64,000 nt of DNA, from assembly GCA_964016885.1 (NCBI GenBank), contig OZ024755.1, positions 44,578,001 to 44,642,000 on the forward strand, given 5' to 3'. Shown one piece after another: positions 12,301 through 28,283 of the stretch. The stretch comes from Eledone cirrhosa. Its lineage: Eukaryota. The notes under the pieces are model-generated. The model saw only the letters and a list, made by a program, of their open reading frames with translations, was not told the origin of the DNA and did not search any database. Made by a program: the position numbers and the translations under genes. Numbering within the stretch: position 1 is the first letter of the stretch; each line of letters begins with the position of its first letter.

Positions 12301-15300
12301 TTGACAGTACCAACATGTACTGTGTACCACAGTTGACAGTACCAACGTATACTGTGTACCACAGTTGACAATACCAACATATACTGTGTACCACAGTTGA
12401 CAATACCAACACATATAGTGTACCACAGTTGACAGTACCAACGTATATTGTGTACCACAGTTGCCAATGCCAACATATACTGTGTACCACAGTTGAGAGT
12501 ACCAACATGTACCGTGTACCACAGTTGACAGTACCAACGTATACTGTGTACCACAGTTGACAATACCAACATATACTGTGTACCACAGTTGACAGTACCA
12601 ACATATACTGTGTACCACAGTTGAAAGTACCAACGTATACTGTGTACCACAGTTGACAACACCAACATATACTGTGTACCACAGTTGACAGTACCAACAT
12701 ATACTGTATACCACAGTTGACAGTACCAACATATACTGTGTACCACAGTTGACAGTACCAACATATACTGTGTACCACAGTTGACAGTACCAACATATAC
12801 TGTATACCACAGTTGACAGTACCAACATATACTGTGTACCACTGTTGACAGTACCAACATATACCGTGTACCACAGTTGACAATACCAACATATACTTGT
12901 ACTTCAGTTGACAGTACTACCATATATTGTGTACCACCGTTGACAATACCAACGTATACTGTGTACCACAGTTGACAGTACCAACGTATACTGTGCACCA
13001 CAGTTGACAGTACCAACATATACTGTGTACCACAGTTGACAATACCAACATATACTGTGTACCACAGTTGACAATACCAACACATATAGTGTACCACAGT
13101 TGACAGTACCAACGTATACTGTGTACCACAGTTGCCAATGCCAACATATACTGTGTACCACAGTTGAGAGTACCAACATATACTGTGTACCACAGTTGAC
13201 AGTACCAACATATACTGTGTACCACAGTTGACAGTACCAACATATACTGTGTACCACAGTTGACAGTACCAATGTATACTGTGTACCACAGTTGACAGTA
13301 CCAACATATACTGTGTACCACAGTTGACAGTACCAACATATACTGTGTACCCTAGTTGACATTACCAACGTATATCGTGTACCACAGTTGACAGTACCAA
13401 CATGTACTGTGTACCACAGTTGACAGTACCAACGTATATTGTGTACCACAGTTGACAGTACCAACGTATACTGTGTACCACAGTTGACAATACCAACATA
13501 TAACGTGTACCACAGTTGGCAGTACCATCATATACTGTGTACCACAGTTGACAGTACCAACATATATTGTGTACCACAGTTGACAGTACCAACATATACT
13601 GTGTACCATAGTTGACATTACCAACGTATATTGTGTACCACAGTTGACAGTACCAACATACACCGTGTACAACAGTTGACAGTACCAACATATACTGTGT
13701 ACCACAGTTGCGAGTACCAACATAAACTGTGTACCACAGTTGACAGTACCAACATATACTGTGTACCACTGTTGACAGTACCAACATATACCGTGTACCA
13801 CAGTTGACAGTACCAACATATACTGTGTACCACAGCTGACACTACCAACATATACTTGTACTTCAGTTGACAGTACTACCATATATTGTGTACCACCGTT
13901 GACAATACCAACGTATACTGCGTACCACAGTTGACAGTACCAACGTATACTGTGCACCACAGTTGACAGTACCAACATATACTGTGTACCACAGTTGACA
14001 ATACCAACATATACTGTGTACCACAGTTGACAATACCAACATATACTGTGTACCACAGTTGACAATACCAACACATATAGTGTACCACAGTTGACAGTAC
14101 CAACGTATACTGTGTACCACAGTTGCCAATGCCAACATATACTGTGTACCACAGTTGAGAGTACCAACATATACTGTGTACCACAGTTGACAGTACCAAC
14201 ATATACTGTGTACCACAGTTGACAGTACCAACATATACTGTGTACCACAGTTGACAGTACCAATGTATACTGTGTACCACAGTTGACAGTACCAACATAT
14301 ACTGTGTACCACAGTTGACAGTACCAACATATATTGTGTACCATAGTTGACAGTACCAACATATACTGTGTACCATAGTTGACATTACCAACGTATATTG
14401 TGTACCACAGTTGACAGTACCAACATACACCGTGTACAACAGTTGACAGTACCAACATATACTGTGTACCACAGTTGCGAGTACCAACATAAACTGTGTA
14501 CCACAGTTGACAGTACCAACATATACTGTGTACCACAGTTGACAGTACCAACATATACTGTATACCACAGTTGACAGTACCAACATATACTGTGTACCAC
14601 AGTTGACAGTACCAACATATACTGTGTACCACAGTTGACAGTACCAACATATACTGTGTACCACAGTTGACAGTACTAACGTATACTGTGTACTACAGTT
14701 GACAGTACCAACATATACTGTGTACCACAGTTGACAGTACCAACATGTACTGTGTACCACAGTTGACAGTACCAACATATACTGTGTACCACAGTTGGCA
14801 GTACCAACATATACAGTGTACCACAGTTGACAGTACCAACATATACTGTGTACCACATTTGACAGTACCAACATATACTGTGTACCACAGTTGACAGTAC
14901 CAACATGTACCGTGAACCACAGTTGACAGTACCAACATATACTGTGTACCACAGTTGAGAGTACCAACGTATAGTATGTACCACAGTTGACAGTACCAAC
15001 ATATACTGTGTACCACAGCTGACAGTACCAACATATACTGTGTACCACAGTTCACAGTACCAAAGTATACTGTGTATTGTACCACATTTGACAGTACCAA
15101 CTTATACTGTGTACCACTGTTGACAGTACCAACATATACTGTGTACCACAGTTGACAGTGCCAACATGTACCGTGTAACACAGTTGACAGTAGCAACGTA
15201 TACTGTGTACCACAGTTGACAATACCAACATATACTGTGTACCACAGTTGACAGTACCAACATATACTGTGTACCTCAGTTAACAGTACCCACATATACT

Positions 15301-16556
15301 GTGTACCACAGTTGACAGTACCAACATATACTGTGTACCACAGTTGACAGTATAAACATATACTGTGTACCACAGTTGACAGTACCATCATATACTGTGT
15401 ACCACAGTTAACAGTACCAACATATACTGTGTACCACAGTTGACAGTACCAACGTATACTGTCTACCACAGTTGACAGTACCAACATATACTGTGTACCA
15501 CAGTTGACAGTACCAACATATACAGTGTACCACAGTTGACAGTACCAACATATACTGTGTACCACAGTTGACAGTACCAACATATACTGTGTACCACAGC
15601 TGACACTACCAACATATACTTGTACCTCAGTTGACAGTACTAACATATACTATGTACCACAGTTGACAGTACCAACATATACTGTGTACCACAGTTGACA
15701 GTACCAACATATACTGTGTACCACAGTTGACAGTACCAACAAATACTCGGTGCCACTTTTCACAGTACCAACATATACTGTGTACCACAGTTGACAATAC
15801 CAACGTATACTGTGTACCAGATTTGACAGTACCAACGTATATTGTGTACCACAGTTGACAATGCCATCATATAGTGTGTACCACATTTGACAGTACCAAC
15901 ATATACTGTGTACCACAGTTGACAGTACCAACGTATACTGTGTACCACAGTTGACAGTACCAACGTATACTGTGTACCACAGTTGACAGTACCAATATAT
16001 ACTGTGTAACACAGTTGACAATACCAACATATAATGTGTACCACAGTTGATAGTACCAACGTATACTGTGAACCACTGTTGGCAATACCAACATATACTG
16101 TGTACTACAGTTGACAGAACCAACATATACAGTGTACCACAGTTGACAGTACCAACATATACTGTGTACCACAGTTGACAGTACCAACATATACTGTGTA
16201 CCACAGTTGACAGAACCAACATGTACCGTGAACCACAGTTGACAGTACCAACGTATACTGTGTACCACAGTTGAGAGTACCAACGTATAGTGTAACCACA
16301 GTTGACAGTACCAACATATACTGTGTACCACAGTTGACAGTACCAACATATACTGTGTACCACAGTTCACAGTACCAACGTATACTGTGTACCACATTTG
16401 ACAGTACCAACATATACTGTGTACCACAGTTGACAGTACCAACATATACTGTGTACCACTTTTGACAGTACCAACATATACCGTGTATCACATTTGACAG
16501 TACCAACATATACTGTGTACCACTGTTGACAGTACCAACATATACTGTGTACCACA
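6348..16556. repeat. Tandem duplication of a 5,408-bp (169-monomer) higher-order unit; second copy shorter by 511 and 96 bp
   Basis: Offsets are 5,408 (6535/11943), 4,897 (8007/12904, 9779/14676) and 4,801 (10849/15650, 11470/16271). The +5-bp monomer and the CTCGGTGCCACTTTTC monomer occur once per copy. Repeated again at +25,552. Confidence 0.85.
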
Positions 16557-17546
16557 GTTGACAGTACCAACATGTACCGTGTACCACAGTTGACAGTACC
16601 AACGTATACTGTGTACCACAGTTGACAATACCAACATATACTGTGTACCACAGTTGACAGTACCAACATATACTGTGTACCACAGTTGAAAGTACCAACG
16701 TATACTGTGTACCACAGTTGACAACACCAACATATACTGTGTACCACAGTTGACAGTACCAACATATACTGTATACCACAGTTGACAGTACCAACATATA
16801 CTGTGTACCACAGTTGACAGTACCAACATATACTGTGTACCACAGTTGACAGTACCAACATATACTGTATACCACAGTTGACAGTACCAACATATACTGT
16901 GTACCACTGTTGACAGTACCAACATATACAGTATACCACAGTTGACATTACCAACATATACTGTGTACCACAGCTGACACTACCAACATATACTTGTACC
17001 TCAGTTGACAGTACTACCATATATTGTGTACCACCGTTGACAATACCAACGTATACTGTGTACCACAATTGACAGTACCAACGTATACTGTGCACCACAG
17101 TTGACAGTACCAACATATACTGTGTACCACAGTTGACAATACCAACACATATAGTGTACCACAGGTGACAGTACCAACGTATACTGTGTACCACAGTTGC
17201 CAATGCCAACATATACTGTGTACCACAGTTGAGAGTACCAACATGTACCGTGTACCACAGTTGACAGTACCAACGTATACTGTGTACCACAGTTGACAGT
17301 ACCAACGTATACTGTTTACCACAGTTGACAATACCAACATATACTGTGTACCAGAGTTGACAGTACCCACATATACTGTGTACCACAGTTGACAGTTCCA
17401 ACATATATGGTGTACCACTGTTGATACTACCGACATATACTGTGTAGCACAGTTGACAGTACTAACATATACTGTGTACCACAGTTGAGAGTACCACCAT
17501 ATACTGGGTACCACTTTTGACAGTACCAACATATACTGTGTACCAC

Positions 17547-20500
17547 AGTTGACAGTACCAACATATACTGTGTACCATAGTTGACAGTACCAACATAAAC
17601 CTGTGTACCTCAGTTGTCAGTACCAACATATACTGTATACCACAGTTGACAGTACCAACATATACTGTGTACCACTGTTGACAGTACCAACATATACCGT
17701 GTACCACAGTTGACAGTACCAACATATACTGTGTACCACAGTTGACACTACCAACATATACTTGTACCTCAATTGACAGTACTACCATATATTGTGTACC
17801 ACCGTTGACAATACCAACGTATACTGTGTACCACAGTTGACAGTACCAACGTATACTGTGCACCACAGTTGACAGTACCAACATATACTGTGTACCTCAG
17901 TTGACAATACCAACATATATTGTGTACCACAGTTGACAATACCAACACATATAGTGTACCACAGTTGACAGTACCAACGTATACTGTGTACCACAGTTGA
18001 GAGTACCAACATGTACCGTGTACCACAGTTGACACTACCAACGTATACTGTGTACCACAGTTGACAATACCAACATATACTGTGTACCACAGTTGACAGT
18101 ACCAACATATACTGTGTACCACAGTTGAAAGTACCAACGTATACTGTGTACCACAGTTGACAACACCAACATATACTGTGTACCACAGTTGACAGTACCA
18201 ACATATACTGTATACCACAGTTGACAGTACCAACATATACTGTGTACCACAGTTGACAGTACCAACATATACTGTGTACCACAGTTGACAGTACCAACAT
18301 ATACTGTATACCACAGTTGACAGTACCAACATATACTGTGTACCACTGTTGACAGTACCAACATATACCGTGTACCACAGTTGACAGTACCAACATATAC
18401 TGTGTACCACAGCTGACACTACCAACATATACTTGTACCTCAGTTGACAGTACTACCATATATTGTGTACCACCGTTGACAATACCAACGTATACTGTGT
18501 ACCACAGTTGACAGTACCAACGTATACTGTGCACCACAGTTGACAGTACCAAAATATACTGTGTACCACAGTTGACAATACCAACATATACTGTGTACCA
18601 CAGTTGACAGTACCAACACATATAGTGTACCACAGTTGACAGTACCAACGTATACTGTGTACCCCAGTTGCCAATGCCAACATATACTGTGTACCACAGT
18701 TGAGAGTACCAACATATACTGTGTACCACAGTTGACAGTACCAACATATACTGTGTACCACAGTTGACAGTACCAACATATACTGTGTACCACAGTTGAC
18801 AGTACCAATGTATAATGTGTACCACAGTTGACAGTACCAACATATACTGTGTACCACAGTTGACAGTACCAACATATACTGTGTACCATAGTTGACATTA
18901 CCAACGTATATTGTGTTCCACAGTTGACAGTACCAACATGTACTGTGTACCACAGTTGACAGTACCAACGTATACTGTGTACCACAGTTGACAGTACCAA
19001 CGTATACTGTGTACCACAGTTGACAGTACCAACATATAACGTGTACCACAGTTGGCTGTACCATCATATACTGTGTACCACAGTTGACAGTACCAACATA
19101 TATTGTGTACCACAGTTGACAGTACCAACATATACTGTGTACCACAGTTGACAATACCAACATATACTGTGTACCACAGTTGAAAATACCAACACATATA
19201 GTGTACCACAGTTGACAGTACCAACGTATATTGTGTACCACAGTTGCCAATGCCAACATATACTGTGTACCACAGTTGAGAGTACCAACATGTACCGTGT
19301 ACCACAGTTGACAGTACCAACGTATACTGTGTACCACAGTTGACAATACCAACATATACTGTGTACCACAGTTGACAGTACCAACATATACTGTATACCA
19401 CAGTTGACAGTACCAACATATACTGTGTACCACAGTTGACAGTACCAACATATACTGTGTACCACAGTTGACAGTACAAACATATACTGTATACCACAGT
19501 CGACAGTACCAACATATACTGTGTACCAGTGTTGACAGTACCAACATATACTGTGTACCACAGTTGACAGTACCAACATATACTGTGTACCACAGCTGAC
19601 ACTACCAAAATATACTTGTACCTCAGTTGACAGTACTAACATATATTGTGTACCACTGTTGACAGTACCAACGTATACTGTGTACCACAGTTGCCAATGC
19701 CAACATATACTGTGTACCACAGTTGACAGTACCAACATATACTGTGAACCACAGTTGACAGTATCAACATATACTGTGTACCACAGTTGACAGTACCAAT
19801 GTATACTGTGTACTACTGTTGACAGTACCAAAATATACTGTGTACCACAGTTGAAAGTACCAACGTATACTGTGTACCACAGTTGACAGTACCAACATAT
19901 ACTGTGTACCACAGTTAACAGTACCAACATATACTGTGTACCACAGTTGACAGTACTAACATATAATGTGTACCACAGTTGGCAGTACCAACATATACTG
20001 TGTACCTCAGATGACAGTACCAACATATACTGTGTACCACAATTGACAATACCAACATATACTATGTACCACAGTTGACAGTACCAACATATACTGTGTA
20101 CCACAGTTGACAGTACCAACATATACTGTGTACCACAGTTGACAGTACCAACATATACTGTGTACCTCAGTTAACAGTACCCACATATACTGTGTACCAC
20201 AGTTGACAGTACCAAAATATACTGTGTACCACAGCTGACATTACCAACATATACTTGTAACTCTGTTGACAGTACTAACATATACTGTGTACCACAGTTG
20301 ACTGTACCAACGTATACTGTGTACCACAGTTGACAGTACCAACATATACTGTGTACCACAGTTCACAGTACCAACATATACAGTGTACCACAATTGACAG
20401 TACCAACATATACTGTGTACCACAGTTGACAGTACCAACATGTACCGTGTACCACATTTGACAGTACCAACGTATACAGTGTACGACAGTTGACAATACC

Positions 20501-23500
20501 AACATATACTGTGTACCACGGTTGACAGTACCAACATATACTGTATACCACAGTTGACAGTACCAACATATACAGTGTACCAGAGTTGACAGTACCAACA
20601 TATACTGTGTACCATAGTTGACAGTACCAACATAAACCTGTGTACCTCAGTTGTCAGTACCAACATATACTGTATACCACAGTTGACAGTACCAACATAT
20701 ACTGTGTACCACTGTTGACAGTACCAACATATACCGTGTACCACAGTTGACAGTACCAACATATACTGTGTACCACAGCTGACACTACCAACATATACTT
20801 GTACCTCAATTGACAGTACTACCATATATTGTGTACCACCGTTGACAATACCAACGTATACTGTGTACCACAGTTGACAGTACCAACGTATACTGTGCAC
20901 CACAGTTGACAGTACCAACATATACTGTGTACCACAGTTGACAATACCAACATATATTGTGTACCACAGTTGACAATACCAACACATATAGTGTACCACA
21001 GTTGACAGTACCAACGTATACTGTGTACCACAGTTGAGAGTACCAACATGTACCGTGTACCACAGTTGACACTACCAACGTATACTGTGTACCACAGTTG
21101 ACAATACCAACATATACTGTGTACCACAGTTGACAGTACCAACATATACTGTGTACCACAGTTGAAAGTACCAACGTATACTGTGTACCACAGTTGACAA
21201 CACCAACATATACTGTGTACCACAGTTGACAGTACCAACATATACTGTATACCACAGTTGACAGTACCAACATATACTGTGTACCACAGTTGACAGTACC
21301 AACATATACTGTGTACCACAGTTGACAGTACCAACATATACTGTATACCACAGTTGACAGTACCAACATATACTGTGTACCACTGTTGACAGTACCAACA
21401 TATACCGTGTACCACAGTTGACAGTACCAACATATACTGTGTACCACAGCTGACACTACCAACATATACTTGTACCTCAGTTGACAGTACTACCATATAT
21501 TGTGTACCACCGTTGACAATACCAACGTATACTGTGTACCACAGTTGACAGTACCAACGTATACTGTGCACCACAGTTGACAGTACCAAAATATACTGTG
21601 TACCACAGTTGACAATACCAACATATACTGTGTACCACAGTTGACAGTACCAACACATATAGTGTACCACAGTTGACAGTACCAACGTATACTGTGTACC
21701 ACAGTTGCCAATGCCAACATATACTGTGTACTACAGTTGAGAGTACCAACATATACTGTGTACCACAGTTGACAGTACCAACATATACTGTGTACCACAG
21801 TTGACAGTACCAACATATACTGTGTACCACAGTTGACAGTACCAATGTATAATGTGTACCACAGTTGACAGTACCAACATATACTGTGTACCACAGTTGA
21901 CAGTACCAACATATAATGTGTACCATAGTTGACATTACCAACGTATATTGTGTTCCACAGTTGACAGTACCAACATGTACTGTGTACCACAGTTGACAGT
22001 ACCAACGTATACTGTGTACCACAGTTGACAGTACCAACGTATACTGTGTACCACAGTTGACAGTACCAACATATAACGTGTACCACAGTTGGCTGTACCA
22101 TCATATACTGTGTACCACAGTTGACAGTACCAACATATATTGTGTACCACAGTTGACAGTACCAACATATACTGTGTACCACAGTTGACAATACCAACAT
22201 ATACTGTGTACCACAGTTGACAATACCAACACATATAGTGTACCACAGTTGACAGTACCAACGTATATCGTGTACCACAGTTGCCAATGCCAACATATAC
22301 TGTGTACCACAGTTGAGAGTACCAACATGTACCGTGTACCACAGTTGACAGTACCAACGTATACTGTGTACCACAGTTGACAATACCAACATATACTGTG
22401 TACCACAGTTGACAGTACCAACATATACTGTATACCACAGTTGACAGTACCAACATATACTGTGTACCACAGTTGACAGTACCAACATATATTGTGTACC
22501 ACAGTTGACAGTACAAACATATACTGTATACCACAGTCGACAGTACCAACATATACTGTGTACCAGTGTTGACAGTACCAACATATACTGTGTACCACAG
22601 TTGACAGTACCAACATATACTGTGTACCACAGCTGACACTACCAAAATATACTTGTACCTCAGTTGACAGTACTAACATATATTGTGTACCACTGTTGAC
22701 AGTACCAACGTATACTGTGTACCACAGTTGCCAATGCCAACATATACTGTGTACCACAGTTGACAGTACCAACATATACTGTGAACCACAGTTGACAGTA
22801 TCAACATATACTGTGTACCACAGTTGACAGTACCAATGTATACTGTGTACTACTGTTGACAGTACCAAAATATACTGTGTACCACAGTTGAAAGTACCAA
22901 CGTATACTGTGTACCACAGTTGACAGTACCAACATATACTGTGTACCACAGTTAACAGTACCAACATATACTGTGTACCACAGTTGACAGTACTAACATA
23001 TAATGTGTACCACAGTTGGAAGTACCAACATATACTGTGTACCTCAGATGACAGTACCAACATATACTGTGTACCACAATTGACAATACCAACATATACT
23101 ATGTACCACAGTTGACAGTACCAACATATACTGTGTACCACAGTTGACAGTACCAACATATACTGTGTACCACAGTTGACAGTACCAACATATACTGTGT
23201 ACCTCAGTTAACAGTACCCACATATACTGTGTACCACAGTTGACAGTTCCAACGTATACTGTGTACCAGAATTGACAGTACCAACATATACTGTGTACCA
23301 CAGTTGACAGTACCAAAATATACTGTGTACCACAGCTGACATTACCAACATATACTTGTAACTCTGTTGACAGTACTAACATATACTGTGTACCACAGTT
23401 GACTGTACCAACGTATACTGTGTACCACAGTTGAAAGTACCAACGTATACTCTGTACCACAGTTGACAGTACCAACATATACTGTGTACCACAGCTGACA

Positions 23501-24030
23501 CTACCAACATATACTTGTACCTCAGTTGACAGTACTAACATATACTGTGTACCACAGTTGACAGTACCAACGTATACTGTGTACCACAGTTGAAAGTACC
23601 TATATATACTGTTTACCACAGTTGACAGTACCAACATATACAGTGTACCACATTTGACAGTTCCATCATATACTGTGTACCACAGTTTACAGTACCAACA
23701 TATACTGTGTACCACAGTTGACAGTACCAACGTATACTGTGTACCACAGTTGACAGTACCAACATATACTGTGTACCACAGTTCACAGTACCAACATATA
23801 CAGTGTACCACAATTGACAGTACCAACATATACTGTGTACCACAGTTGACAGTACCAACATGTACCGTGTACCACATTTGACAGTACCAACGTATACAGT
23901 GTACGACAGTTGACAATACCAACATATACTGTGTACCACGGTTGACAGTACCAACATATACTGTATACCACAGTTGACAGTACCAACATATACAGTGTAC
24001 CAGAGTTGACAGTACCAACATATACTGTGT
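17547..24030. repeat. Tandem duplication with 3,037-bp period (95 monomers); second copy carries 383 extra bp near its end
   Basis: ORF pairs 17769/20806, 18440/21477 and 19064/22101 are all +3,037, and 20363/23783 is +3,420. Private GTCGAC at 19499 and 22536. Repeated again at +25,552. Confidence 0.85.
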
Positions 24031-26638
24031 ACCACAGTTGACAGTACCAACATATACTGTATACCACAGTTGACAGTACCAACATATACTGTGTACCACT
24101 GTTGACAGTACCAACATATACCGTGTACCACAGTTGACAGTACCAACATATACTGTGTACCACAGCTGACACTACCAACATATACTTGTACCTCATTTTA
24201 CAGTACTACAATATATTGTGTACCACCGTTGACAATACCAACGTATACTGTGTACCACAGTTGCCAATGCCAACATATACTGTGTACCACAGTTGACAGT
24301 ACCAACATATACTGTGAACCACAGTTGACAGTATCAACATATACTGTGTACCACAGTTGACAGTACCAATGTATACTGTGTACTACTGTTGACAGTACCA
24401 AAATATACTGTGTACCACAGTTGAAAGTACCAACGTATACTGTGTACCACAGTTGACAGTACCAACATATACTGTGTACCACAGTTAACAGTACCAACAT
24501 ATACTGTGTACCACAGTTGACAGTACTAACATATAATGTGTACCACAGTTGGCAGTACCAACATATACTGTGTACCTCAGATGACAGTACCAACATATAC
24601 TGTGTACCACAATTGACAATACCAACATATACTATGTACCACAGTTGACAGTACCAACATATACTGTGTACCACAGTTGACAGTACCAACATATACTGTG
24701 TACCACAGTTGACAGTACCAACATATACTGTGTACCTCAGTTAACAGTACCCACATATACTGTGTACCACAGTTGACAGTACCATCATATACTGTGAACC
24801 ACAGTTGACAGTTCCAACGTATACTGTGTACCAGAATTGACAGTACCAACATATACTGTGTACCACAGTTGACAGTACCAAAATATACTGTGTACCACAG
24901 CTGACATTACCAACATATACTTGTAACTCTGTTGACAGTACTAACATATACTGTGTACCACAGTTGACTGTACCAACGTATACTGTGTACCACAGTTGAC
25001 AGTACCAACATATACTGTTTACCTCAGTTAACAGTACCCACATATACTGTGTACCACAGTTGACAGTTCCAACGTATACTGTGTACCAGAATTGACAGTA
25101 CCAACATATACTGTGTACCACAGTTGACAGTACCAAAATATACTGTGTACCACAGCTGACATTACCAACATATACTTGTAACTCTGTTGACAGTACTAAC
25201 ATATACTGTGTACCACAGTTGACTGTACCAACGTATACTGTGTACCACAGTTGAAAGTACCAACGTATACTCTGTACCACAGTTGACAGTACCAACATAT
25301 ACTGTGTACCACAGCTGACACTACCAACATATACTTGTACCTCAGTTGACAGTACTAACATATACTGTGTACCACAGTTGACAGTACCAACGTATACTGT
25401 GTACCACAGTTGAAAGTACCTATATATACTGTTTACCACAGTTGACAGTACCAACATATACAGTGTACCACATTTGACAGTTCCATCATATACTGTGTAC
25501 CACAGTTTACAGTACCAACATATACTGTGTACCACAGTTGACAGTACCAACGTATACTGTGTACCACAGTTGACAGTACCAACATATACTGTGTACCACA
25601 GTTCACAGTACCAACATATACAGTGTACCACAATTGACAGTACCAACATATACTGTGTACCACAGTTGACAGTACCAACATGTACCGTGTACCACATTTG
25701 ACAGTACCAACGTATACAGTGTACGACAGTTGACAATACCAACATATACTGTGTACCACGGTTGACAGTACCAACATATACTGTATACCACAGTTGACAG
25801 TACCAACATATACAGTGTACCAGAGTTGACAGTACCAACATATACTGTGTACCACAGTTGACAGTACCAACATATACTGTATACCACAGTTGACAGTACC
25901 AACATATACTGTGTACCACTGTTGACAGTACCAACATATACCGTGTACCACAGTTGACAGTACCAACATATACTGTGTACCACAGCTGACACTACCAACA
26001 TATACTTGTACCTCATTTTACAGTACTACAATATATTGTGTACCACCGTTGACAATACCAACGTATACTGTGTACCACAGTTGCCAATGCCAACATATAC
26101 TGTGTACCACAGTTGACAGTACCAACATATACTGTGAACCACAGTTGACAGTATCAACATATACTGTGTACCACAGTTGACAGTACCAATGTATACTGTG
26201 TACTACTGTTGACAGTACCAAAATATACTGTGTACCACAGTTGAAAGTACCAACGTATACTGTGTACCACAGTTGACAGTACCAACATATACTGTGTACC
26301 ACAGTTAACAGTACCAACATATACTGTGTACCACAGTTGACAGTACTAACATATAATGTGTACCACAGTTGGCAGTACCAACATATACTGTGTACCTCAG
26401 ATGACAGTACCAACATATACTGTGTACCACAATTGACAATACCAACATATACTATGTACCACAGTTGACAGTACCAACATATACTGTGTACCACAGTTGA
26501 CAGTACCAACATATACTGTGTACCACAGTTGACAGTACCAACATATACTGTGTACCTCAGTTAACAGTACCCACATATACTGTGTACCACAGTTGACAGT
26601 ACCATCATATACTGTGAACCACAGTTGACAGTTCCAAC
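23200..26638. repeat. Tandem duplication with 1,820-bp period (57 monomers, four 31-bp landmarks); second copy truncated
   Basis: ORF pairs 23613/25433, 23783/25603 and 24198/26018 are all +1,820 with identical translations. Repeated again at +25,552. Confidence 0.85.
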
Positions 26639-28283
26639 ACATATAGTGTACCACAGTTGACAGTACCAACGTATACTGTGTACCACAGTTGCCAATGCCA
26701 ACATATACTGTGTACCACAGTTGAGAGTACCAACATATACTGTGTACCACAGTTGACAGTACCAACATATACTGTGTACCACAGTTGACAGTACCAACAT
26801 ATACTGTGTACCACAGTTGACAGTACCAATGTATACTGTGTACCACAGTTGACAGTACCAACATATACTGTGTACCACAGTTGACAGTACCAACATATAC
26901 TGTGTACCCTAGTTGACATTACCAACGTATATCGTGTACCACAGTTGACAGTACCAACATGTACTGTGTACCACAGTTGACAGTACCAACGTATACTGTG
27001 TACCACAGTTGACAGTACCAACGTATACTGTGTACCACAGTTGACAATACCAACATATAACGTGTACCACAGTTGGCAGTACCATCATATACTGTGTACC
27101 ACAGTTGACATTACCAACATATATTGTGTACCACAGTTGACAGTACCAACATATACTGTGTACCATAGTTGACATTACCAACGTATATTGTGTACCACAG
27201 TTGACAGTACCAACATACACCGTGTACAACAGTTGACAGTACCAACATATACTGTGTACCACAGTTGCGAGTACCAACATAAACTGTGTACCACAGTTGA
27301 CAGTACCAACATATACTGTGTACCACTGTTGACAGTACCAACATATACCGTGTACCACAGTTGACAGTACCAACATATACTGTGTACCACAGTTGACAGT
27401 ACCAATGTATACTGTGTACCACTGTTGACAGTACCAAAATATACTGTGTACCACAGTTGACAGTACTAACATATACTGTGTACTACAGTTGACAGTACCA
27501 ACATATATTGTGTACCACAGTTGACAGTACTAACATATACTGTGTACTACAGTTGACAGAACCAACATATACTGTGTACCACAGTTGACAGTACCAACAT
27601 GTACTGTGTACCACAGTTGACAGTGCCAACATATACTGTGTACCAGAGTTGACAGTACCAACATATACTGTGTACCACAGTTGACAGTACCAACATATAC
27701 TGTGTACCACAGTTGACAGTACCAATGTATAATATGTACCACAGTTGACAGTACCAACATATACTGTGTACCACAGTTGACAGTACCAACATATACTGTG
27801 TACCATAGTTGACATTACCAACGTATATTGTGTTCCACAGTTGACAGTACCAACATGTACTGTGTAACACAGTTGACAGTACCAACGTATACTGTGTACC
27901 ACAGTTGACAGTACCAACGTATACTGTGTACCACAGTTGACAGTACCAACATATAACGTGTACCACAGTTGGCAGTACCATCATATACTGTGTACCACAG
28001 TTGACAGTACCAACATATATTGTGTACCACAGTTGACAGTACCAACATATACTGTGTACCATAGTTGACATTACCAACGTATATTGTGTACCACAGTTGA
28101 CAGTACCAACATATCCTGTGTACCTCAGTTGACAGTACCAACATATACTGTATACCACAGTTGACAGTACCAACATATACTGTGTACCACTGTTGACAGT
28201 ACCAATATATACCGTGTACCACAGTTGACAGTACCAACATATACTGTGTACCACAGCTGACACTACCAACATATACTTGTACC

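Larger units (their letters stand above)
2732..28283. repeat. Copy 1 of a 25,552-bp near-identical tandem duplication
   Basis: ORF coordinates from 2732..3292 to 27547..28272 recur at a constant +25,552 offset (28284..28844 to 53099..53824). Private variants recur in register, e.g. GAGAAT near 2866/28418 and GGTACC at 17507/43059. Confidence 0.95.
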
